From contig JASJQH010006960.1 of the NCBI GenBank assembly GCA_040143965.1, forward strand, positions 1 to 32,237: a DNA stretch of 32,237 bases, written 5' to 3'. The stretch is from Basidiobolus ranarum (lineage: Eukaryota). Made by a program: the position numbers and the translations under genes. Under the pieces are notes generated by a model. That model worked only from the letters and a program-made list of their open reading frames with translations, was not told the origin of the DNA and did no database searches. Below, piece by piece: positions 1 to 12,400 of the stretch (positions within the stretch are counted from its first letter, which is position 1; every line of letters begins with the position of its first letter).

Positions 1-885
1 AATCCACTTTTCTAAAGTTCTTAAAAAAAAAGTGGTTAAGAAAGCTGATAACAGATTTAGGCTATTCTGAATATTCACCAACTACAATGTCTTATATATA
101 GCTTAGTGCTTAGTTATCTTATATTTCACTAAGATATTGCCCATTATTCCCAATCAGAATTTACTTGGAATATTTTTAGCAACTTAGAAGTTCTCAGATA
201 TATAGATTTTTCAAACTTGTGCTAGATGTCCCAAACTTTGCACACATGTTCCTGGGACCTTTCTTAAAACATTCAATACATTAATTTGTTGAAATCTTGA
301 CAAAACTATAAATGTCAACTTTCTACTAAATAAATCAATAAGTGAAAACCACCAATTTCTCTAATTCTCCAAATCACTTTCAACAGGCTCCCAAATACTT
401 TAACACTTCAATGGCTTTAAAAAACATACACTGAACTTTTTCTTTGGCTTAATAGAAGTGAGATTTTCTATTACTTCTCCGTTGAGAACAGCAAGCATCT
501 CTACGAAATATTCAAAAATATGCTATATGCTGGATTAATGAAATAATCCAGTATTTCAACAATAATGGCAAATAATCAAAACCGCAGATTCTTCTATATG
601 GCCAACATTGTATGTATAACTTTGCAAATGAAGATTAAATATACATGTAGCTAATTATTCTTTGGAATTTTAAACCATCCATGGATTACCTATTTAAGTA
701 ACATTTAAGCAGAATAGAATTCCAGCAATCTGTTGAAGGAAAAAAAGGGATCCATTCGAATTTAGATTCTGAATAACAAACAACCAGGAACTGTCGCCCT
801 CGATTAGTAAATTAACTATAGTTAACAAGTAAAAAAATCCCATTTTGTATTACACAACGGTCTTCACCTTATCAGCGTCTTCACT

Positions 886-2149
886 ATGTCAACTTTGGAA
901 GCATTGCGTTCACCTGGACTTCGTCCATTCTCTCCCAACGATTTAAGTTCTATTCCTGAGCAATTCTCTTCTGAGAAAGGTGCTCCCTTCATTATCGGCG
1001 TTGCTGGTGAGATATTTCCTTTTGGGTGGTTTTTTTTCTCTTGCAATGTTTAACCCGTTTCCATGATTTTTTAGGTGGTCCTGGAGCAGGAAAGGTTTCA
1101 ATATTTTATTCCTTCCGAGGTTTATACTCTTGTTCTTTTTCTCTAGTACTAACCAAGATGATCGGAATTTTGCATATTTACTAAGTAGAGAGTAGTATGT
1201 GACTCTGTGATTGAACGTTTAAAGACTATCAACCCTTCTCATACCCGAAAGATAGCCATTCTAAAAATTTCCCAGTTTATGCGTGAGTTTGAAGGAGAGG
1301 AGCTTGAAGCAGCAAAGTCAGGCCATTTGAATATGGATCATCCAGGTATTATTCACTTTTTATCTTTAAGGTGACTCTCTTATGTTAAAAATGACTGTTG
1401 TACTCGAACTTTTAGATGCTTTTGATTTTGATCTTTTGAAGAGTGTTTTGAAATCACTTTGCTTGGGCAAGCCAGTTAAACTACCACTTTACGACTCGCA
1501 AAATTTCCGAAGGTACGAAGATATTCTTGTACCGATTAGAGGAAACATACATAGAAATGACCTAACCCATCTTCTATCTTTATAGAAAGGAAGAGACTCA
1601 AGATTGGAATGAGATTCCCGACGTAGTACTCCTTCATGGTTGTTTAGCACTTTTCGATCCTGAAGTGCGTCAATACCTTTCAATGAAGATTTTTGCGGAC
1701 GTTGATAGTGATACTAGACTGGTGAAGATGGGTTAGTAATCCACTCAATGTCCTTTGATCGCCACGTGGTTAACATTCATATTTCATTAGTTAATACGGA
1801 ACTAGCCAAGCCCCACTACAATTTGGATAAAACTCTACACGATTATGCACGTATCTCAAAGCCTACATTCGAGGCTTTCATCTACCCGGTAAATACTTCA
1901 CTTATTAGTGCAATTAGAATTCATCAACTAAAGTGGACTCTTTTCACAACCCTATTTTAGAGCAAAAAATGCGCGGATGTCATCATGCCCAGAGGCTCGG
2001 GTAATCATGTTGCAATTGCGTTGATTACCGAGCACATCAATGATCTACTCATGGGCAATTTCACCCCTGTCAACTATTCTAACAAAGGTGCGATAGTTTC
2101 GGATATCTTTGAAAAGCCAAAGAAGTTCTATAACCCCATACCCGAGTAA
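886..2149 (+). CDS. Uridine/cytidine kinase-like protein (PRK/UK family), probably catalytically degenerate; 7 exons, 275 aa
   Basis: Exons 886-1006, 1075-1094, 1189-1345, 1416-1512, 1586-1731, 1791-1888, 1961-2149, all GT-AG and in frame. Translation has PFIIGVAGGPGAGK, NMDHPDAFDFDLL, KIFADVDSDTRL, KPTFEAFIYPSKKCADVIMPRG and NHVAIALITEHI, typical of uridine kinases. Confidence 0.88.
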
Positions 2150-2285
2150 AGTCGCCTAGGGTTAGGATTAGGGCTAGGCTATTTCGTTAGAAGATCCCCC
2201 AATAAAGTGAAGTTAATTTATTTAGTGCTTTGAACAAAATACTACATAAGCTTTACTATACATTTGGATTAAAACCCCGATAATT

Positions 2286-3538
2286 TTAATACCTATCCGA
2301 ATTTTGAATTAATGGGGTTGTTTTGCCACTAGACACAGGGTCAAGTGAGTTAGGTAGAAAGTATTTCACCAACTTGCGTGAATTATCAGCGAGGCTTTCT
2401 GGTAAATATACGAATCTAGATAGACTGGTCATAAAAAATTCCAACAACTGGGATTTGGGGTTTGCACTAGGGACATCTTCACACTCGAATTCATTTAATT
2501 TCTTTTCCAATCTAGACAGCCTTTCCTCATTTTTAGCTCGAATTCTCTGCTCTCGTCGGTCATATTTCTGCAGTAATCCAGAAAATTGTATTAAAGCTGG
2601 CTCTACTCCATCACGTACTTGGCCGATGTCTCGTTTAGTTGCGTAGGCTTTGGTCAACTGATTCAGTTCATTTTCTAGAAATCCCACTCGTCTTCTCAAT
2701 CCTTCTACCTCTCCTACGGGATAATGTATTTCCTCTTGTAGCATCAATGCTCGTTTCTTTAGTAGACTAGCCAAATACATGGTTGGTTTTACACCAGCAG
2801 CAAAGATGAATATCATGATATTTAGTTGCGAGAAGTAGTCATCAAACTGAGATAGGTAATTCTTAGAGATATGTAGCAAATAGCCTCCTAGCATTGGTGA
2901 GATTATCACAAGAACAAATGCCAATCTTTCTTGGCGTCTGAGTTTCTTTTCTGCTTCAAAGCGTATGACTTCTTGAGCTGCATCTCCCGGTTCGATAAAC
3001 GTCCCGGCCAGGGATACCATATTCATTGTCTTCTTTCTAGCGACAAAATAGAGCTCCCATGGTACTAGAGTATAACAAATGAATTAGTTTGATCATCAGA
3101 TACCAAAACAATATGAAATAGCGAAGATGGTTAACCTTTTATAACCAAATATAAATAGAACCCCACTAACACCAAGAGTAGCAGGTCACTCCAAGTTTGT
3201 GCATCTCCGTAGAAAATTGATATAATTGGAGGGAAAATCACCAGGAAAATGGGCCAGCTGTACTTGGAGGTCGAGAAACGCTCAATCTCAGGTACGTCTG
3301 ACCTTCTTGGTAAACTGGTTTTAGTGTGATTTGAATTAGTTGCTGTAACGGGGTTGAAAGGATAGTTGGCATTTCTTCGGGGCTCGTATCCACTTTGAGT
3401 ATTTTCCAATTCAGTCAACCCGAAACTTTTACTAAGAAATGTGCTCATTACGATCTTCTTCCTCTCTGGGCTCGGTGGGGCGCCGTTAGGGTTTCGAGCT
3501 TCAAAGCCCAAATTGCTCTTTGAGTTTTGTCGAGACAT
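2286..3538 (-). CDS. Uncharacterised multi-pass membrane protein with C-terminal coiled coil; 2 exons, 393 aa
   Basis: Exons 3538-3136 and 3064-2286 join two track ORFs in frame (…YLVIK-VPWELYFVAR…). About 4 hydrophobic segments follow a disordered N-terminus, then a heptad-like region (LRRRVGFLENELNQL…LSRLEKKLNE). Confidence 0.78.
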
Positions 3539-4842
3539 GTATTATCGTTTAAGCCACTCTGGTTCCAAGTAACAAAAAGATAAGGGTTGTTGATTAAAAG
3601 GGTGGCAAGGAAAGCGTATTCACTAGGTTCTTTTTGAGTTTTTTTCCTTATTTAACGAAATAAGAAGCAGGCATAGATTCGCTTTAGTTCAATAGTTGAA
3701 ATAATACAAAGACCTTTTCTTGAGAGTTTATACAAAATATTGAAAAGGGTTAAAGAGAGGGAAGAAACATTGCTGTGATGAAGGTTTGGTTTTGATAGTC
3801 ACTGACGTACATAAGTCACCACTGCTGAGTGCAGTTGATTTGTCCAAAAAAGAAAGAGCAGTCGTAACACACTTAGTCAACTACTCACTGCTTGCTTTGA
3901 AGATCGATCATTCGATTCAAGCATCACTCCTACGTCCATATTATGTGGATGAAGCTAGTATATATCTTCATACCGGTAAAGTGGGAACTTGAAACATCTA
4001 TCAATCCTGAGGCTTATTAACGAATCATCTTGGGTTCTGTAGAATGTATATATATTTATACACATTGCGCCCCAGAGCTAGTGTTGAGGGTTGACAAGTG
4101 AAGTCTGCAGCGATCTGTTTCTAAAATAAAATGGAAGCGATGTAGCTCTAGGGTGATCATTATCCCCAGAATCCGTGTGTCACTTACTACATATGTAGAA
4201 CATAGATCTCAAAACGTCATCGACCTATATAGCATTGTCTATTAGAGTTTGACCAATCGATGGAGTTGATGAGATCTCCGCATCGCTCATAGGTACCGTC
4301 ATCAAGGCGTATTTGAGTTTCAATTTAGAAATGTCACAATTACTATTTTCACAATTTCTCATTTTCTTCTTTTGACTCGTTTTCTTCATGTTCCTCGCTT
4401 CTATTATTCTTCTATTCGTTTGGAAGGCTTTGTTGTGGCAGTTGAGAAGAAAACCCCTTCGCCTTAGCCAAAACCATTCGTGATCAATAATGGGCTTTTG
4501 TCAACCCGTTGCTATTTTAATATGTCGTTATTTATATTGTTTGACCGGTTCCTTCTTCATAGGTGATTAATATGTCATTTCCTTTTTTGGATTTCATTAA
4601 TATTTATTGTTACCATATCTATCCACCAATCTATGAGTTATATTAAATTGCTTAACCGTTGGCATCTTTTTTTATAGCTTAACTAGTCCAACGCCCTCTC
4701 CTGTGTACTTTTTATATACCGCCTTTTCGACCTGTGTTCCGGTGAATTCTGATTTTTTTTGTTTATTCCATTTTAGTTCTACCTTTAAGAACAAGTTTAT
4801 CCTTTCTATCTTGGTTTCTTCGTGAACTGGTTCTATACAAAC

Positions 4843-6406
4843 ATGAGAGTCGACTTCTCTTATTCACGCATTTTCAAATTTTTATTTTTAACTTACCTAG
4901 TTATTTCCATTCTCTATATATTCCTTTTCTTTTATGGTTCTCCACACAAAACACATGACAAGCTCACACCAGTCACCCCTAGCAAAGTCCCACAACATAC
5001 CCAGCCTTCTGTAGAGGATAATAAGAACGAGATCTTATGGGCGAATAACCAAGGTACTTTCACACACACACGCACACACACTCTCTCTCTCTTGTCGCTT
5101 CAACGTGATTTGGTGTCTAATGGTGGTTGTTGATATATTTTAGGTTCAACTGTGCCTTTATCGGAGTCTTATGTTTATTCCAAGCTTTTTTCTGAAACCA
5201 TGCAACCCACAAACCTCAAGCCATATTACTACAGAATGGAGCCTGCTCCTTCTCCAGACGATATCACCGTAGCCACTTTGATTACCGCAGATCGTTTTCA
5301 GGTTTTTGAAAAGTTGGTCAATAACTATAAAGGTAGGGGAAGGCTTAGTTCTCACTTGAACAACTGTACACCTTTCTAAGTATAATATTTCATATAGGAC
5401 CCATCTCAGTTGCACTTCATATCTCTGATGACCATAATCAGGCCAACATATTACGTCGACTGGATAACATGTATCAATCTAATCCACTTATGAAGAAATA
5501 TGTGGATATTCATTTGATCATCGATAAATTTGAAAGACAATTTAATTATTGGAGAAATGTGGCTAGATTCTTCTCTCGTACCGATTACTTTTTACTGTTG
5601 GATATTGACTTTTACCTATGTACCGATTTCCGTCAAAGCCTTCAAAACCATCCAGAGTTAATGAATAGATTAAAGGATGGTAATGTGGCCATTGTTCTAC
5701 CTGCCTTCGAATATGATGTCTTAAATGAAGGCCGTGATGCTAAGGTATTCCCTCGGGTGAAATCGGATCTGGTGAAATTGGTAGATGACAAGAAAGTATC
5801 CATGTTCCATAAGGGATGGACTCGAGGACATGGCTCCTCCAATTACACCCATTGGTATCAAGCAGACACTCCTTACACCGTAACCGAATACAACTTCAGC
5901 TATGAGCCATATGTTATCGTTAAGAAAGACGGTATCCCTTGGTAATTAGTGGCTTCGAGATAATGAATGAATCTACTCGAATCATACTAACTGGAATTCA
6001 CTTGTAGGTGTAATGAGCGTTTCATTGGCTATGGTGGAAATAAGGCAGCTTGCTTATTCGAAATCTATCTTTCTGGAGTGGATTATTGGGTTTTACCACA
6101 GGATTTCATTATTCATCAGAACCATGATTATCTTGAGGATACTCGAAGAATCGAGGTAATGATTAACTCTTCTGGATAAGATTCACATCAATCTTAACTC
6201 ATTTCTCTCTCTTTTAATAGCGTAACTTCAACAAGAAAGTGTACCAAAATTTCCGTGAGGAAGCTTGTTTCCGTTACTTTAGGAATTTCTTATCTCGTAA
6301 TGAATGGGGCACACCTAAAGCAGATAATCTCAAGAAGGAATGCAGTAAGAGTGTCCCTAATTTCTTGAAAGATACCACGGCCTACCAGTCAGAGACTTTA
6401 CAATAA
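4843..6406 (+). CDS. Glycosyltransferase family 49 (LARGE/B4GAT1-like) type II membrane protein; 5 exons, 425 aa
   Basis: Exons 4843-5053, 5144-5332, 5398-5941, 6008-6155, 6221-6406. N-terminal TM anchor, DITVATL, GPISVALH, NYWRNVAR, DxD motif LDIDF, VLPAFE, YEPYVI, CNERFIGYGGNKAAC, FIIHQNH. Confidence 0.88.
5061..5092 (+). repeat. Compound (CA)n(CT)n microsatellite in GT49 intron 1
   Basis: cacacacacacgcacacacactctctctctct. Confidence 0.85.
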
Positions 6407-6810
6407 GCTTTGTTATTTAGATGTAGCATTTACCTTTACCTTTTCTTTTCCTTTACCCTTTCTTTTACCCCTTGCCCCGTATCTTTAACCCTTGTACTCA
6501 TAAGAATGGCTATTCAACTATCATGATCAACCAATCACTGATCCTTTTCAAATGGGATTTTCTTCTATTCATTCCACCCTAGGATACCATTGATTTTGTA
6601 TAAAGAAAACCCATCGATGTTCTCCTATCAGAGGGTTCATTTCATCAAATCTACCCACTGTTTCATTCGATAATAAAAACTTCGATTTCAGGGGTTTATT
6701 TTGAACAATCTGATATACCTAACCATAAACCTAACCATAACCATGGTGGTTGAATGTGAATTACATAGAGGACATTGAGGTTAAGTGCAACCGAGGAGTA
6801 CAAAGGATAC

Positions 6811-8619
6811 TTACTCTAAATCCCAGGAGTCGGTATGCAAGGGCTTTTGTCGTTGTCTTTCATTCCAATTTAGCACTTTGCGTAGTCCGTTAAACCAATC
6901 TATCGATTGATCATCCTTACAAATAGATGGCAATGGGTAATTGGAGGCGGTGATGGTTATCGAGTCTCCACGGTTCAGTTCTACTCGATTATGTCCATCG
7001 AATGATGCCTAATAAATGGATTTGTGGGGTGATATTACACAGTCTGGTTAGTATTCTTCATTGAAATCTAACAACACGGGAACTTACCCATGCGGTGCTT
7101 CTTGCTTGGGACGGTACACATATTCTCAACTCTTTATATCCTGGAATAACCATAGGACGACAGGTCAAGGTATGTGGACAAATTTGTGTAACCAATATTG
7201 CACACATTTCAGGGTGAATAAGTGACCCTCCAGCGGAAAGTGAATAAGCGGTGGATCCTGTAGCGGTAGCTATGACTAAACCGTCCGCCAAGATGGTAGT
7301 CAAGTGAATATTATCAACAAACAATTCCAACATCACCATATTCGGATTCGCTCCACGGTCTACTACCAATTCATTTAATACATGATGTACACCACGTTTG
7401 GTAAGTGCACATCCACCTTCAGCCCCAGGGTCATCAAGACAAAGGTTGCATAGACTAGGTTCGGATTCGATATTGGACAAGTTCTCTATGTCCGGTACAG
7501 AATTGGCTATTGTTTTGTATACGGTACATTTGATTCTCATTCGAAGATTGGCATGAATTGATTTACTGTCAATTATGTGACCAAGTGTTTCTTGAAATTG
7601 ACCAAAATTGAAAACCGTTAAGAATCCTAGAGATCCCAGATGAAACGAGAGGATTGGTGGTACTTTTCTTTGAAAGAGTAAAGAAGTATAAAGCACAGTT
7701 CCATCACCACCTAAAGTGACCGCCAAATCAACGTACTCAGGAAAGTCTTGATGAGACCAAAACTTTAATCTGTCTACAATCGCAGGACTTTCAGAGGCGA
7801 TAGTTTCATACTTGAATGCAGAGTTATTCTTGAATGTATCTCCAACATAAACTGTAAGGTTCTCGTATTTTTTGAGAAGCCAGGTAGCCACTAATTTCGT
7901 GTGTTTCACCAGCTCTGGTGTAGGTTTGGTGACTATAACAATATCCGTGACAATCTCCAGCTCGACCAAGTATGATTTCAATTCACTTATAGAATTCGTT
8001 ACTTTTGAGTATCTATTTATCAAGCTTGAAACGCAAGTACGATTTTTCGCGCAATTCTCTGGTGTAGAATTCTAACAGAAAGAGTGTTGTTTTTCTTAGT
8101 CTCCAATATAATCAAGTAATCCTGTGAGAAAAAATATACCTCATCGGTAATTCGTGATTTGATATGGATTCTTTTGTGTCCTTGTTCAACAATCTCTTTT
8201 AAATATCTCCAAGCATCGTTATTTTCTTTGTAGTTGGGTTATGATCAGTTATATGTAAAAAAAAATTACAAAATGAGGGAGATGTTACCAGTTATGGTTA
8301 TCCAATCTCCTTCAAAATCTTTCCATAATAATTTGTAATCAGTAAGCTGAAAGTCGTTATATTCCTTTTGAAATTGCTCAACAAGGAGAGAGAAGACCAG
8401 ATTTTCTTCTATTCACGAGACGTAACGAGGGTAAAAGAAAGAAGTCAGTATGTGTTTGAGAATAAAAGGTTAAAAGATAGTAGGAAGATCCCAATGTAAA
8501 CCATTTATCGTAAAAACCAATGTGTTATTTAAAAAAAGGACATATATACCTTTGATAAAGACAAAGTTGGTGTCTCCTCGATGTGAAAGTTTAATACGCA
8601 ATTGAGAGGGATCGTTCAT
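6811..8619 (-). CDS. ATP-NAD kinase with N-terminal PB1 domain; 5 exons, 485 aa
   Basis: Exons 8619-8550, 8408-8289, 8225-8140, 8071-7088, 7008-6811 are in frame, with an in-frame TAA two codons before the ATG. Kinase motifs TLGGDGTVL, GSLGFL, VLNELVVDRG, DGLVIATATGSTAYSLSAGG, ASFDG and LNWNERQRQKP are intact. The N-terminus has RIKLSHRGD and KLLWKDFEGDWITITENND (PB1 Lys and OPCA motif). Confidence 0.88.
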
Positions 8620-9480
8620 ATTTTATAAATGTTCTATATTGTTTGGTGAATCCTTTGAAGGAATTCAATCAAGTGATGGTAGTAGATGCGTATAACAGAC
8701 TGAAAAAGAAATCAAATAGTAACAGTATAAGCTTGAAGGTAAATCAGAAACATTACTAATACTCTCTAGTCTTGGATTTTTCTGGATTCGATTTACAGTC
8801 ATACACATGACATGCGTTTAGGACTGAGTCCAGAATAACGATTCAGTTACAATGTCACCGGCTAAAATTAATCTCGATATGACTTTCAATAATTCGGTCA
8901 ACGATGATCGATCAATGACATAAAAGACAGAAGGTTTTGTGACTACTAATTCCGATGATCTGATGACGCACACTAAAGATTTAAGGGTACTAACAAGCAC
9001 CCAGTGTAAGTCGTCACATCAAATGAAAGAGGGTATTATTTTACAGTCACAAATCGACAAATCGCTTCTACATATTGAGTAAGTGGATATCAATCTGTCT
9101 GATGTGGAAATACCATGAATGCACTGTTAATGTACCGTAAATGCTCTCATTCTTGAATTGATTTCTTGGTTTTAAAAAAGATTTTCATAAGAGACGGGGT
9201 GAACCAAAGATACATCTCAAATATGGATGAAGAACATCGTGAAAAGATAGGATTATTACAGAAGTGATGGGTGTACGGCAGGTGAAGAATAATGAAACCC
9301 GGGGAAATAATAGAAGGCCGCAGTGCAATTGCTCTGCAGTACAAATACGATCGGTCAATACAAGAATATCATTTTGTTCACGTTAGACACAAATAATGGG
9401 ATTCCGAAAAGTTCTTCTGCCACTCGGATGTATTTATATGCTCGCCAACACTCACTACAGTGTTGGCCATCTACTTAACA

Positions 9481-12400
9481 TTAAGCCAGATAATTATATA
9501 CACTCGCATCAGATTTGTCCCGCTCCAAATACTCCCGATCAATTAGAGATTCTATTCGCTTCTTGAGATCAGAGGCCTACATAAGAGATGATGAGTTAGC
9601 ATTTAGTGAGTTGACGAGCTTGAGGCTACAAGTATACCTTAACAGGGAATCGCAGCTGTTCGAAAAGCTCGTTCATCAGTAACGTGTGGCTTAACTGTTT
9701 CCGTGTTTTCATAATTCTTACAATGGCCGCATCTACTTGATATTGGCGATCTTGGAACACTCTCTCCGTAGTATTAGTATTCTCTTCAACCTAGAAGATG
9801 GAGAAAAGGTAAACCGACTTAGTACGCGTACTTTCCGTTGGATTCAACTAGAATAAAATTACCGTCTCTTTCATTTGTATAGCATTAACTTTGATTCTGA
9901 AAAGAGGAGCCGTAAAATCCTTGTTAAAAGAGAAATTATCTGCTTCGTCGACCTCGCGCCCTTTGGGGTATTTGGTCAGCACCCGAACCTTTCCGCATGC
10001 TAAAGATTGTAGCGTGCGTTCGAGTTCCTTTAGTTCTGAGTGGAGAAGCGTTAATGGATTGGTATTGATATGTGGTATTATGTGATCTTATGACAAACCT
10101 ATATTAGTAGCTTCGAAGATTTCCTTAAAGCTCATTTTAGTTTCAATATCAACGCCATTAAAAAGTAAAAGAACCATCGCCTGGTATAATGATACTGCAA
10201 GCTCCTTTTTGCCCTGAAAATTAAATACAATGAATGAGTATATGTCTATTTGCCAGTCATGGAGGCTCCATCTCACCTTAGGGAAGTGGGCTTTCAGGAC
10301 ACAATGGCCTAGAGAAGGTTGCCACATTAGACGACGACCATGATGCTTACTGAGGTAGAAAGACTTGAACACTTCTTGATATTCAGTCATCTATGTCATT
10401 GAAAAGTTAAGATTCTGGAAAAAAAAGTAGGCGAAAGATGATTTGGCATCTACCTGCTCGGCTAAAGTGATTTCTGCAGGAGGATAATTAGGCCAGTATC
10501 CTTGAGTTAAAACTGACACGTTAAGCTCGATGTCTTTACATAACTCTTTGTACTTTTGAGTTTGACGGAAAGAGATCATGATATCTCTAGAGACATCCAT
10601 ATCCTTGAACATTCCTTCTAATTTGCTAGTAAAGCTGGCCCCGCATTCGGTCTTCAGTTTTGAGAGCATAGATTTTTCAGCATCAAAAGAGGCGCTTTTA
10701 TTGAGTAGTAAGCGTTTGGCAAGATCCCGCTTGTAAAATGCCTCAAACACATCCTTGCCTTGAATGAATCTAAATAATATTAGCACATTATCTAAAATAC
10801 TCTCAAGCTCTTCATCTGTGGCAGTTTTATTCCCAGTGCGGAGCTTTGCATCGACAAACTTGGCAATCATTTCAGCTGGCTTGTTCTGTCTGACATTAAT
10901 GAAAGACTCAAAACTTTCTTTTAACGTGTTGAAAAAACTCTCGTTTTTTAGGAAACTTGTGGTAAGAATATCATCTAATTTCATCTTGAAGACAAGAAGG
11001 TCCTGCACCATCGTACTGTCTCGGCTAACATCAGTAACAATCTCAAGTCCAGCCTTCTTTACGTATACACCATAGAAAGTTTTCAGTTGGTCTAAATGGC
11101 CAACTCTGGCGAGCAACGAGTATAATCGAGCAAGATCTTCTTTTTGGCCATTGCTTACTAGACTATCAAAACCCTTCTCAAGAAGTAACGAGACGGGATT
11201 TGCAATTAGTTCTCGCTCGATCAATTCGATAAGAGGCTTTCTAGTCTCCTTATCCAAGTAGTGAATCGTCCGGTCTTTTTCTTCTTGTAGCTTCTGCTCG
11301 ACATAAAGAAGGTAACGAGACACTTCCAAAGCATGAACTCGGGTGTTACTCTCTTTGCGATAGAATAGCTCTGTAGATTCTAAGAAAGCACTTTCGAATC
11401 CGTTGAAGTATATGCCCAGATCTATAAACATTCTCAGTAAAGATTTGAGAATTGCTCGGTTGATAGACTCTCCAGATCTTTCTTTCTCTATTAAACAAAG
11501 CAGTCCGTCAAGTGTTTTCTTGCGAATCTCCTTGGATTCCATGACATGGTCTCTAAACAGGTCTAATCCCATATCCCTATCAAACTGAGATGTCAACTTC
11601 CAGTATAGAACAAACTTTTTAATAACCTCGATACTTACCACAACGAAGACAGGCCAGATGTCTGTAATACATAGGTACGATCGAGGTACAGAAAGATACT
11701 CCTGATCATGATCTTTATATGGACTATTAGTAATGCCGACAACAACAAGGTAGTGCGAAGTTTGATTTACCATTTGGCGGCAATGATCTTTCCAGCAATT
11801 GTCAATGGCGGTCAAGAAAACCTCATTAGTTGTGATGTTACTGAAAAAGTTGTTGAGTCAGGATGCTATTCAAATACAGATAAGTAATATGACTTGCGTA
11901 CTTTTTTAGTTTTGCTAGTTCTTCTGTTACATGCGTCTCGCATTCAGCTTTAAGCTTTCGGTACAGAGAATTCGCCATTTTATGATGACACAAATTTTCA
12001 CAAGCCTATCAAGAGAAATTTAATCAGTTTGGACCGGTATGACTAGGAAGAAAATAGGCAGTCACCTTGTATAGTTCCTCTAAACTATCTGGAACTGGTT
12101 GGCTTTCATGTATCGCATTGACAGCACCTTTAAGCTTCCGCCAAGTATCTGCCTCGTAATTTTCGGGTAGCTTAGGTTTGACTAGATAGGATGTGTGAGC
12201 AGATAGTCTTTGAATTTTTATTTTTGCACAAGTGTGGCGATTTATCGTCAGTTAACTGACCTTTGAAACTTTTGATCACCAATTTCTTCACCGGAGCTTT
12301 ACCCAATCCAATGCGAGAGCCATTTGAAGAATTAAACGAACCATTTTGGTCAATATTTTTTCTAGATGTTTGTTGATTGTTGGTTGAAAAAATATTATCC

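Noticed and set aside
10391-11815. Apparent frameshifts or fragmentation of the cullin in the ORF track (pseudogene?)
   Set aside because: Fully resolved by ten GT-AG introns into an intact 880-aa CUL4.
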